DNA of 62,479 nt, filler included, from Globobulimina sp. (Eukaryota): NCBI GenBank assembly GCA_003354225.1. It is 14 parts of 14 records of this genome, joined end to end, with 100 filler letters (N's around TTAATTAATTAA, not from the genome) between each part and the next. Parts side by side here need not be neighbours in the genome. Positions count along the whole stretch, not along the records: positions 44,732 to 49,096 come from PIVH01001312.1; positions 49,197 to 53,558 come from PIVH01001313.1; positions 53,659 to 58,019 come from PIVH01001314.1; positions 58,120 to 62,479 come from PIVH01001315.1; 10 more parts are not named here. One strand, given 5' to 3'. The notes beneath the pieces were generated by a model. That model had not been told where the DNA came from and made no database searches. It saw only the letters and a list, made by a program, of their open reading frames with translations. Of the stretch, positions 47,095 through 58,228 are shown piece after piece (position 1 is the stretch's first letter; every line of letters starts with the position of its first letter). The position numbers were made by a program, and so were the translations under genes.

Positions 47095-49096
47095 TTTTTT
47101 TTTTGAAGAAAGAGACCATTAAAAACTATGGAATCTATGAGCGTAATTAAATAGGTTAGCATCAAACCACACAGTTACATTGCATACAATTTCCAAACAG
47201 GAACAAAAACAAAACAGTGAAACAAGTTGTAAATAACACAAAGATAACTGGTAGCCCCATTAATTAAAGTTTGGTTGAATTATTAAATAGATTTGATTGT
47301 CTCCACTAACTTTGACTCGCTTTACTTTGATGTTATCGAATATCATTATTATAAATAGAATAATGATGTAATAGCGACACTGCGTTCGCTTTATGTAACT
47401 TTGCTGAGATGAATTCGAAACAATGTCCTGTTGATTTGGATATTTCATCGTTGATTGTCGCCGCGCGAAGCTTCGCAATTCTTTTGATGAATTTTATTGT
47501 TTGTTTGTGCATTCCGCCGTAATCCTCGAATATAACCGGCATATAAATCAATCCGTTTATTCTCCCACGGTTTTCATGCAAATAGTTGTTGTATTTGTTG
47601 ACTTTGTGATTGTAGAAATTGTTCGCCGCGCTCAATTTTCTGATCGCAGCATTCTGGTAACGACTGTTGCAAACAACTGAAGTGACTCCGATGTCCACGG
47701 CTAGCGCTTCGCCGTTGTCTCCCCAGTTATTTATGTAAATATCGGCGGGTTTCATATTATTGTTATCGAATATGTGCCGCTTTTCTATAGAATGCTTGAT
47801 TTTGGCAGATTTCAAGAGGGTTGAAATGCCATTGACTATCAAGTCGTGTTTATAAATGATTCCTTTTCCATGCTTGCATATAACGCCATGATCCCCGTAT
47901 TCATCGATTGGGTCGTCACAGCTGATGCATTTGTCACTATTTATGATAAGTTCGTGTCTCAATTTGCGTTTCAATAAAATTCGGATCTCCGGATTGCTGT
48001 AAGTCATTCCAATTCCATTGGTCATCGGTGCATTGAGCCATGCATTGGCATTCCGGTTGCACTGCGATAATAAGGCCGCTTTGTGTTTGCCTGTCTTTGT
48101 AGCCAGCAACCGATTCAATTGTAGGGATTGGATGGCATTTATCATCCATTTGGTTGTATGAGTTGTCGCGTCGAAGTCCGATATTTGGTATCTCGCTGAA
48201 ACGGACGCATTAAACAATGACAACGCATAAACAATTCGCTCATCAATAACTTGCATGAAATCATCATAAATCTCAGAGTCCAATAACTTTTTACATATCG
48301 CTTTTGCGGCGAAAATCGATGGCAAATAGATCGCGCTAATTTTATCCGTTGCGGTGCGCATACCCAATCCAGCTTTTTTCGTCGATAAACTACATTGCAA
48401 AAATTCGTCATCCGATAATATAAATCCTCCCATCATTGATAATAGTTCGCGTAGCATCGAATCATACTTCCTCGCGACCGCCAGACTGATCTTCGGCGGT
48501 ACGGAGTGAAACCAATAAATCATACGGGAAATGTTGATGTAATCCTTCATTACTTTCAATTGTAAGAAGGTTAAGTCCATCCCCGCTATTTTGGTGATGC
48601 TCTTTTTGATTCCAATGATTTTGATATCCATTTGTTGTAACACATAATCCTCTGAACCTATTGGTATGTTCAGGCATTCGGAGTTTGCGTTTTCTTTGAT
48701 TTTAAATAGTTTCAAGTCATCGGATAAGAGGTCCCATATCGCGTCACGGTGCCCACTGCACGTTATGACACTTTTGGATTCATTGAGAATGAAACCAAAG
48801 ACGGGGCCCAATAGTTTGATGACTTTAATATAAATATTTGCGTCGGCAATGGTCAATAATTCAAATGTGTCATCGACGTACCCCGCTTCGCCCCGTTTTT
48901 TAAAGTCCGGTTTGATTTCAATGCATTTCTTCAACACGATTTCGTTGAAATGCTTTGATACGACGGCTGTGATGGTGTTTGATGACGTACTGCCTTGACC
49001 TAATCCTTCCTCGTTGGCTAACCACTCATTATTGGCCATATAGATATAATATGGCTTGCCATATAGCTGAAAGGCCTGAGGATACATTGTGGGCAC
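47095..49096 (-). mobile_element. CRE/SLACS-like non-LTR retrotransposon (RT + Zn-knuckle + restriction-like endonuclease), 5'-truncated by the contig end
   Basis: ORF 47333..49096: GLGQG, GYVDD, G..LN.SK, GLGMR, CISC...D.YG.H..IC...KHD, KPADI, AVDIGV, K.NKY, P.IFE.YG. About 230-bp 3' UTR ending in A10 at 47104-47095. Confidence 0.88.
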
Positions 49097-49305
49097 NNNN
49101 NNNNNNNNNNNNNNNNNNNNNNNNNNNNNNNNNNNNNNNNTTAATTAATTAANNNNNNNNNNNNNNNNNNNNNNNNNNNNNNNNNNNNNNNNNNNNACGT
49201 ATAATCGACACAATTGTGTTTCAATTGGAGTTATTGCAGCTGTTTAGATCAATTGCAAAATTCGCTAATTAATTATTAATATCAACTATTTCCCGCCAAT
49301 TCAAT

Positions 49306-50693
49306 ATGGATAGTTTCTCGGTTGATTCGTACGATACGATATTTATCTTTGCAGAATCATCGGATTTTGCTTTCACGAAATCTTTGATCGCAAAACGTGG
49401 CACCTCCAAAGGTATTATAACCACCAGACACAAATCTGATGTCGATCAAGTTTCTGCATTAAAAGCTGCACTCGGCAGAGACGGCACTCTCATCACTAAT
49501 GTCGATGTAACATCACTGCACAATTCATTGTCGTCACTGTATATGAACAAATTGGATCTAATGATTGCTACTTTCCCTAGAATGGCAAAAAAAGTTTCTA
49601 GAGATTATTATATGACACTCAATCAACAATTTATGAAAAAGATTATGCAAACAGCGCATCAATGGTTGAGTGGCAATGGCGAACTGCATCTGGTAATTCT
49701 TGAAAAACAATATTTGGATTGGAATCTATCAGAAACTTGCAACACGACAGGAATGTATTTAAAACAAAAGTATTCCATCGATCTATTGACACTTTTATCT
49801 GTTTTCCCAAACTATTCACCCAAAAATAAATCCGACGCGATATGGAGGCCACGAGGTACAATCCGGTATTGTGTGTTCTGCAGACAAAGCAGTAAACGCT
49901 TCATTGCACAGAATGCAAATCATGCATCTGAGCCTGCGTTAAAATTACATGCGCACAGCGATGATATTCATGAAATTCATCCGAATTTATGGCTTTTCGC
50001 ATTGAAGAATGGGGACAAAGTGGATTGTTTGGACAGAGTGAATAAATGGTACACGTCTACGGTTGTAAACAAGTCTGGATTTGAGGTAGAGATAAATTTT
50101 GATGGTTGGAGTGATCGATGCAATGAAATCATTCATTTAGAAACGGGAAAGATTGCTCGGTACCAATCAAAAGCGGTTGGTGGTAAAATAGTTGGTGGGA
50201 TCGCTGGTGTTCCGACTAACATTGATCCAAACGCATGGCGTTATGGGTTGGCAAATGGAGATGTTATTGATTGCTTGGATACTGTATCAATGTGGTACAC
50301 TGCGGTTATAATTGATACAAATGATAGTGCTGTTTTGGTGCAATATGATGGATGGAGTGATAAATGGAATGAATGGATGGGGCGGTCGTGTGATAGATTT
50401 GCACGTCACAAGTCACATGCCATTGGCGGAAAAGGTACTGGAGTTTTTGACAAAGATTCATGGATTCGGGGGTTAAAAAAAGGTGATAAATCGATTGCAA
50501 AGACTATGTGAATAAATGGTATACATCAACCGTTTTAGAAATAGAGGCAACGCGTTTGAAAATTAAATTTGATGGATGGAGTAGCAAATACGATGAATGG
50601 ATTGATACCACTGGCGAATCTGACAGAATTTCTAGATTTAAAAGCATTGCCACTGGCGGAAAAAAGAAACTTGACGGAACATATACAAATTAA
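49306..50693 (+). CDS. Divergent Bmt5/DUF2431-like Rossmann domain fused to three MBT/Tudor-like repeats; frameshift in repeat 3
   Basis: IFIFAESSDFAF, NVDVTSL, DLMIATFP, L..NGELHL, Y.DWN, FPNY, then 3x L..GD..DC.D...WY...V.....FDGW...(N/D)E. One base is missing at about 50488-50492. Confidence 0.7.
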
Positions 50694-50769
50694 TTGTATA
50701 TAAGCGTACTTGATGGAAACATTTATTGTATATAAGCATATATCTCAAGAAAGCTCAATATGTATTCAT

Positions 50770-51989
50770 TCAGTTACCTTCATACAATGGTTTCACTTTT
50801 CTATCCTTTGTGGACTCCTCAAATGCTTGCAATGCTCTGTTCTTATCGTTTGATCCGATTGTAACTAAATATTCCCGTCTTTCTACATCCAATGCATCCA
50901 TAAAATTACCCATTTGCATTCCTTTATTTATCGCTTGTTTGGCAGCTTTTAAAGCCAGCGGTCCAGTCTCCAACATTTTTCTTGCATAATCCAATGCAAT
51001 ATCCATTGAACTAACTATATTTACAAAATTTAAAAATATCTTTTTTGAGCTATTGATGCATTGATTATAAAATAAATCCGATATTATATGTATCATAATA
51101 AATGTCTGCAGTATAAAATTATAAATCACAACAGCCACAATTTTTGATATCCAACAGCCCAAAATTATCAGTTTTATACTGTAGACAAAAATTAAATATT
51201 CCATTAACATCCCAACGCATATTGCCAAAAGCTCAAAAAAAAACATTTTTAAATTTTATATTGCACCTTGGTCTGTTTTCGCATTTATTAATCCAATTCG
51301 ATATGCTTCATTTGCATCGATCATATTTCCTGTCATAATCATTTCCTTTGCATATGGTATCCCAATCAAACGAGGCAATCTTTGCGTGCCTCCAGCACCG
51401 GGAATTATGGCCAATTTAGTTTCAGTTAATGCAAACTGGGCATTGCAACCAGCAACGCGAATATCTGCAGCCAATGATAGCTCACAGCCACCGCCCATTG
51501 CATAGCCATCCACGCAGGCAATTACTGGCTGAGGCAATGCTTCCAATCCATTTAATACTGCACGTATTTTATCCACAAAGTTGCATATTTCTGATGTTGT
51601 TGTCATAGCTTTGCGTTCTTTTAAATCAGCACCGGTACAAAAAGCCTTTTCCACTGCGCTGTTTACAATAACTACACGACAGTCGGTGAGAGGATTGCTG
51701 TTTATCTCATCAATGCTGGCAAGAAATTCATTGATGAGATTTTGGCCCAATGCATTGTACGCTTTTGGTCTGTTCATTGTGAACAATACAATTCCATGGT
51801 CGTCTCCTGTCAATCGACTTAGTATCACCTCTTTTGTTGGTTGGGTCTTGGAAGTTTGACAGTTTGTGGTGAGTGACATATACCTGTTTTAAAGAGAACA
51901 AGTACCGAGAAAATGCGTAATGATTGAAAACGTGATAAGTGTGTGCTGTGCGCATATTTTGTGATTTGTTTGGCAGTTCGAACTAACAT
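50770..51989 (-). CDS. AUH: Mitochondrial methylglutaconyl-CoA hydratase-like enoyl-CoA hydratase
   Basis: Presequence MLVRTAKQITKY...; FCTGADLKER, GGGCEL, ETKLAIIPGAGGTQRLPR, GPLALKAAK.AI. Introns 51847-51905 and about 51014-51266. Confidence 0.88.
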
Positions 51990-52264
51990 GATTCAAATGT
52001 AAAATTGAGAGGACTAGCTTTGTGAAAAACTTTTCTAAAAACACACCAAATCTATTAAGTTATCGCGAGATATGGTGATATTATTGTAATTGCGTTAATA
52101 TATCTTTAATACAAAGGCATAAAAGAACTTGTAATTGTTCCACAAAACAGAACTAGTGTTCGGATATCTTTTCATAACAAAAAACAAACAGACGTACATT
52201 TGTACAATTTAAAAACAAACCAATTGGAAGAGATTTGTCAACATTTCAAACTTTTTTTAATAAT

Positions 52265-53437
52265 TTAGGTGAGATCGATATACATTGGATGGCTATTCTT
52301 ATTCTTATTATTTATACGAGTAATTTTAACCAATAATCCATGAACAACAATTCCAACGTTTTCTTTCGTGTACCATTCCAATTCATGATTACTAAAATTT
52401 GCATCGATTATATATCCTTGTTTTGTCGCATCGACAGTTTCCTGTCCAATTCCATATGAATTTGGTCGAATCCTCAGTTGAAATGCACATTGCACTTTCA
52501 ATGTATTATTAAAACAATAAAATGGTTTTGCATATATTTCATTTGCTGCATAACTGTATCATATATACACAACACACACAAACAACGTATATATATCTAA
52601 TATAATATAAATAAAATACACATAACATGATTGATGGCGATACAAATATTTGATTTGGGTCAAATAATTCATTTCCATTTGTATAATGATTTCGCCTCCA
52701 TATACATTGTCGTATATGTCCATCATTTATGCCTATTTTGTTGCCATCAATGGTATAATCGCCAGGTTTTAATAAATTTAATCCCGATTTGAATATAAGT
52801 TTCGCAGTTTCTCTGTTTGTACCATGATAAGCAACGTGCCAATCCGTAAAGACATTATTCATTTTACATTTGCCTGAATCCACATTTAAACCAAATCTTA
52901 TCCAACCCAGAGGTACACAATATTTCTTTGCTGGTTTGCCGCGTGGAAATACCACATATTCATTCCGCTGCAAATGACAACGTTGACAAAAACATTTGTC
53001 ATAGGACGGATTCATAAATTCACTGGGAATATTGACGTATTTCTGGATTATTTCGGAGCACAGATTCATTAAATCACACTTTCTTTGATAAATATTGTTG
53101 TTTTTTAATTGCATCGGTTGTTGTTGACATAACGAACAGCAACAACCTATTTGAAAACACATTTGGTCGCTTTGATTAATGGAAAAATAACAAATAAATA
53201 TACTAAACATGAGGTTACATTGACAGTAGAGCTCATTGCCATATTATTAATCATGTAATTCATGTTATTTATAATATTATTGTTATTGTTGCTATTATTA
53301 TGTTGTAATGAAATACATTCCGTGCAATCAACAGTGCTTTTATTTTCTGTTTGTGGCAACGAACCCCACACAACATTACCATCCATTATCTCGTTTACCA
53401 GATTCACATTATTGTTGGACAGTGTATTGATATTCAT
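52265..53437 (-). CDS. Protein with a NEURL4-type C-terminal ADP-ribosyltransferase-like domain
   Basis: CFCQRCH...RGKP..Y.VP.GW.RFGL, WHVAYHGT, IFVSPSI.YA, AFQLRIRPNSY, ELEWYT; two introns. Confidence 0.8.
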
Positions 53438-53914
53438 TCAAGCGAATTACGACGCAATGATGAAATAAGAAGGCAATGATACAACGGCAAATAACTGATT
53501 GCTCGGTGTGAAATTTGAACTGAAGTTTTTTCGACTGAACTAAAACAACATAAACAGCNNNNNNNNNNNNNNNNNNNNNNNNNNNNNNNNNNNNNNNNNN
53601 NNTTAATTAATTAANNNNNNNNNNNNNNNNNNNNNNNNNNNNNNNNNNNNNNNNNNNNTTCACAGAAAAAAAAAAAAAAAAAAAAGTAGGGTTGTCAAAA
53701 AAAAAACAAAAAAAAAAAAAAAATAAAAGCAATAAAAAAAAACCCAAAACCCAAAAATATTCGATTATAAATATGTGTAACAATGGGACACATTTATGGG
53801 ACAAATGTTAAAATATATGGTGATTTGTACGGGAAAGTCGGGAATCAACATTCAACAAATTATTTATATGTTTCTCATTTCTCAAATCAACCACATCGAT
53901 GCTATATTGTGAAT

Positions 53915-55159
53915 TTAATAATATACACAATCATCCTCATAATCTGACATCAATTCAGATTCAAGATGCTTAGAATCAGTAAAAACAATTGTTATATGAT
54001 GTCCTGCAATAACCCTATAAATATATGCATCTTCTGACTCGAACCCCATTTCAGTTACTTTGGACATAATATGTGGAAACGCAATACGTTCCCTGGCTGT
54101 TTCACCACATTGCTGATAAACGTTGCTTCCAAAAGCTATAACATCATTTTTATCTGAGATCAAAATCGTATGTTCGTGGCCTAAGCTGGCATCAACAATT
54201 TGCATATCCTTAAATTCATCAAAACTACTTTGAAATCGAACCATTTTAAAAAATCGATCTTGTAGTTTTGATTTTTTTTTATGTGATCCAAGTTGTCCGT
54301 CATCATTAGAACCAAAAAGATAACAATCACCATTTTCATAGATAACGCATGTGTGACAAGTCCCATTTTTGATCATTTTCACTTTACCGTTTGGAGCTTT
54401 TTGCTGTAAATACATCCAATCTTTTGGCCATAAAACATCTTGAATTTGACAATCATGTTTCAATTCATTTTTGCCATAAATCGATATGGTATTAATATTA
54501 TTATGATCGTTACAATAAAATACAATAAATTGGTATACTCTTTCTATTTTAATAATATTTGTATGTGTCGGAATCATAGCAGTCATATCATTTTGATTAC
54601 ATTCTATTATTTTATAATGCTCCTCGATAAATAATCTGTAGCTATAATTATAAGAAAACTGGTTCGAATCTCCATTGTGAAATTTAAGCAAAATCATAAA
54701 ATAATCCCGAAATGGTGCAATTAATACTTGACTGGCAGAAGCAATGAGATTTGAGCTCAATATGTTACATTTAGCTTGCAACGAAATGAAATTACCAACA
54801 GAGTAACTTTTAAAACCCAAACAACAGTCACCTTCAATGTTCCATCCTTTGATGTATATTTGATGGTCAATATGGTTATATAATAAAAGCACATTATTGT
54901 TTGAATTGATATACACATTATTGTAATGGCTGATTTTGTCATTGTAATCATCCAACCAGGTCCATTCTTTGTGAACATTCATTGGTATTGGTGACAGTTC
55001 TGAACATTCATTTTTGCCAATACCAAAGCAACAAAACGATGGAGAATTCAAAAAAAGGAAGATTAAATGAGACAAAGTTTCTACAAATAGGGAAATATGT
55101 TGCTGTCGAATATGCCATTTGATAATCATGCATCTTTCTTCTGTTGACGCGTGATCCAT
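53915..55159 (-). CDS. RCC1/BLIP-II repeat protein
   Basis: GTCHT.V...G..Y.FGSNDDGQLG; LGHEHTILI...V.AFGSN.YQQCG; AGHHIT. Confidence 0.8.
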   Translation of the reverse strand: MDHASTEERCMIIKWHIRQQHISLFVETLSHLIFLFLNSPSFCCFGIGKNECSELSPIPMNVHKEWTWLDDYNDKISHYNNVYINSNNNVLLLYNHIDHQIYIKGWNIEGDCCLGFKSYSVGNFISLQAKCNILSSNLIASASQVLIAPFRDYFMILLKFHNGDSNQFSYNYSYRLFIEEHYKIIECNQNDMTAMIPTHTNIIKIERVYQFIVFYCNDHNNINTISIYGKNELKHDCQIQDVLWPKDWMYLQQKAPNGKVKMIKNGTCHTCVIYENGDCYLFGSNDDGQLGSHKKKSKLQDRFFKMVRFQSSFDEFKDMQIVDASLGHEHTILISDKNDVIAFGSNVYQQCGETARERIAFPHIMSKVTEMGFESEDAYIYRVIAGHHITIVFTDSKHLESELMSDYEDDCVYY

Positions 55160-55170
55160 CGTCAACGCTT

Positions 55171-55278
55171 CACTGCAGTCACAACTATTGAGCTAATTTT
55201 CATTGTGTTGATCGGACTTCAACTTTTGGAGTTGATCGATCAGCACAATAAATTAGCTCAATAGTTGTGTCTGCAGTG
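55171..55278. repeat. 108-bp near-perfect foldback (MITE-like; CACTG...CAGTG ends)
   Basis: cactgcagtcacaactattgagctaattt pairs with aaattagctcaatagttgtgtctgcagtg (1 mismatch); inner attgtgttgatcg/cgatcagcacaat also pairs. Confidence 0.75.
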
Positions 55279-55437
55279 GTTTGGGTTTTAATTACAAAGA
55301 TGTCGGAAACCAAAAAAATAAAATGCATGCTATAGCTTCAAAATAAATCATAATTTTCACAAATATTCCATTATAAATACGCGTGCAACAATGGAACACA
55401 TTCATGGGACTGATGTTAAAAAATTCACTCAATTGTA

Positions 55438-56559
55438 TTATTGTTTATTTTTGCAAGAATCAACAAACTCATTTATATGTTTCTCATTTCTCAAATCAAC
55501 CGCATCGATGGGATATCTATATTGTGAATTTGAATCGAACTTAATTTTTGCAGTTGAGTCACAATCAACATATCCAAACCTAATTCTCTCCGAACATTTA
55601 TTCAATTTATCCCCTTTTTTGCCTTCCTTTTTTTCAATCAATTTGCAAATATCAATCCATGACAAAGCAGTCCCACAATCAGTAAACTCATAAAATGGAT
55701 TAAAATCAATAATATAAACTTTAAATTCTTTATCAATGTACACATCCATTACATATTTATCATTCGTAAATTCATTCGCTACGTATTTATTAAAAAATAA
55801 CTCAATGCATTCACTTATTTTGTTTCGATTTATTTCCGATTGTAATTCAGTAAAAACATCATCGTCAATTCTTTGTGTGATTGCAAGTATGTCATTTTTG
55901 TAAATAAAACATCTAAACTCTCGATTTGGATATAAATTGCAATATTTTCGTAAAATTAATTTGTATTCGAACACTGTTTCTTTGTCATTTGAATTATAAT
56001 CAAAACAGCCATGAAAAGGATAAAATAAATCATGCTGCACAAATTGTGATGATTTCAATAACAATAAAATCTGCGTAATATTGTCACATCGTAAGGTTTG
56101 ACCATTTATCCATTTTGCATCTTTTGGTGCGCTCCAATTTAATTTTGGTATTACTGCACCTTTTAATGCTTTTATTTTAGTTCTTATTTTAACAAATAAT
56201 TCATCGAAAAGGCTATAATCAATGTCATCGTGTTTATCCTCACAATGTTGATCTGGTTTGGAGTTAAATGTTTTATCATGTTCATAATCTGAATCTTGAT
56301 CAGAATCCAATTCATAATAATTATCCATTTCTGATTGAATTTGTGGAGGTAGTTTTAGTCCATCTTTTTTTAAATAATCAATAAATGTTTGATTTATTGG
56401 TAGAAGGCGTGATTTGATGGTTTGTTTTTTAAATTTAGTATACCAACAATCGAAACTGCAATTCAGTTTCTCGTTGCATGTTACCATCATGTATTGTTTC
56501 TTGTATTCCAAGAATAATTGTTCTGTTTTGCTATCATCGTCAGCTTTTTGTTGCGACAT
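55438..56559 (-). CDS. CDC123: Cell division cycle protein 123 (D123, eIF2 assembly factor)
   Basis: CSFDCWY.KF, PKLNWSAPKDAKWI, LLLKSSQFVQHDL, LRK...P.REFRCF, DVYI, IIDFNPF. Confidence 0.95.
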   Translation of the reverse strand: MSQQKADDDSKTEQLFLEYKKQYMMVTCNEKLNCSFDCWYTKFKKQTIKSRLLPINQTFIDYLKKDGLKLPPQIQSEMDNYYELDSDQDSDYEHDKTFNSKPDQHCEDKHDDIDYSLFDELFVKIRTKIKALKGAVIPKLNWSAPKDAKWINGQTLRCDNITQILLLLKSSQFVQHDLFYPFHGCFDYNSNDKETVFEYKLILRKYCNLYPNREFRCFIYKNDILAITQRIDDDVFTELQSEINRNKISECIELFFNKYVANEFTNDKYVMDVYIDKEFKVYIIDFNPFYEFTDCGTALSWIDICKLIEKKEGKKGDKLNKCSERIRFGYVDCDSTAKIKFDSNSQYRYPIDAVDLRNEKHINEFVDSCKNKQ

Positions 56560-56609
56560 TGAATGTTAAGAGTTTTCCTATATATACCTTTAAAAAACAC
56601 AGTCACGGC

Positions 56610-57700
56610 ATGGCAGAAACAATCATATATACTCATAAAAAACACTTTGAAGATATGACAAACATAGTACAAGCAATATATACAACATCGAAGTCAAGAA
56701 TGATACGTCCAGAAGAATGCAAACATCATAAATGCGCATCATCAATTGTTTTAATCAATAATTTAATTGTAGCCATCCGGTTTTTCAATTCAAAAAAAAA
56801 GGATAGAATAAATCCACTGAATTGTTATGATGACACTGAATTGTTATGTAAGAACTGCGCATTTTGTTTTCTTTCACATTTTTATCATCAATTTTTACAA
56901 GCACCAATATGCATTGCTCATTCTTTAGGCAATTACACGGAACTCATTATCTCATATCCTAATCTAATAAAGTTTGCTTATCATAAAACAAATATTTGGT
57001 TGTGCTCCATAGCAAATCTTGCGTTTTCTATGGATTCCATCATTTTTATAAGTGATCATCAACTGTCCTCATACCATGCTATGTTTATATGTTTAAGATC
57101 AATCATTGACAATTTAGCTTTGTTTAAAAATCATCATTGGAAACTAATAACAATGCATCGGAACAAGTTTATTATGCGAATATTTGCATTTATCGAAAAT
57201 GAATTGAATTTTAGAATGAAGTGTGATAAAACTGATAATGCAAAGGTTCAAACAAGTTCACGGCTCTGTTTACATATGTTGCTAATATTTATGTCAAAAT
57301 GGTTATTTTGGTATTCCGGCAAATTTCGAACACGGAGAAAATATAAACATACAACGGTCACAATGGATAGGCGTATTGCAACTTTTTCGCATAGGTTGCA
57401 ATGTGTTGTCGGAACGTGTCCTGACACTTTTCACTTAGTGATGCAATATTTTATCTGTCTTATTGATTACCCAAAATACCAAGACATAATAGATAGTCAG
57501 GCTTTACTGTGCTGGAATGAAAGAAAACAAAATCAACCATGTAATAGAGAAAAATGTAAGGTGACAAGGAAAGATGCTGCAAAATGGTATCTTGTTTTGT
57601 TGCAACGTATTGCGGAAAACGATGTGCAAAAATAGATTGGAAATATGGTAATCACAAAATATATTGCAGGCGATATGTGGAATGTGGATATAATGCATGA
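56610..57700 (+). CDS. MYND-zinc-finger protein with a frameshift inside the finger
   Basis: ...PCNREKC...KWY in one frame; CFVATYCGKRCAKIDWKYGNHKIYC in another frame from 57593 to TGA at 57700. Confidence 0.7.
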
Positions 57701-57821
57701 TATTCATAGAGTTTATTAACTTGCGAGTCTTAGCTCGATCCATATTTAATTAAAATGCAAAAATTTAAAAACACTAAATCTTTCATAAATGTTGCAGAAA
57801 TGTTGTAAAATACTTTTGACT

Positions 57822-58019
57822 TTTTAGGCTTAAACTTCTAAACACTTCTTTTGTGATTGGCAAGGTTTTTGGGTTAGCTAGAGTGGTTTTCAACTTTGAA
57901 TACTAGGATTCGAAGTTGACCTAGGTTTCGAATCCTAGTATTCAAAGTTGAAAACCACTCTAGCTAACCCAAAAACCTTGCCAATCACAAAAGAAGTGTT
58001 TAGAAGTTTAAGCCTAAAA
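57822..58019. repeat. Perfect 93-bp inverted repeat with a 12-nt loop at the contig end
   Basis: 57822-57914 is the exact reverse complement of 57927-58019. Confidence 0.9.
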
Positions 58020-58228
58020 NNNNNNNNNNNNNNNNNNNNNNNNNNNNNNNNNNNNNNNNNNNNTTAATTAATTAANNNNNNNNNNNNNNNNNNNNNNNNN
58101 NNNNNNNNNNNNNNNNNNNAAAAAAAAATCCTTTTAACATCTTTTTTGCATTCCGCTCACGTTCAAGTTCAATTCACCCAATAAATCCAACAAACACACA
58201 AAAACACTTTCCCTCAATAATAAACAGA

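Noticed and set aside
53659-53760. A-rich tract at the contig start
   Set aside because: Low-complexity, probably low-quality sequence; no telomeric or coding pattern.
57822-58019. Perfect palindrome as a hairpin telomere or foldback element
   Set aside because: No mismatches and located at a contig end, typical of amplification template switching; cannot be supported without reads.
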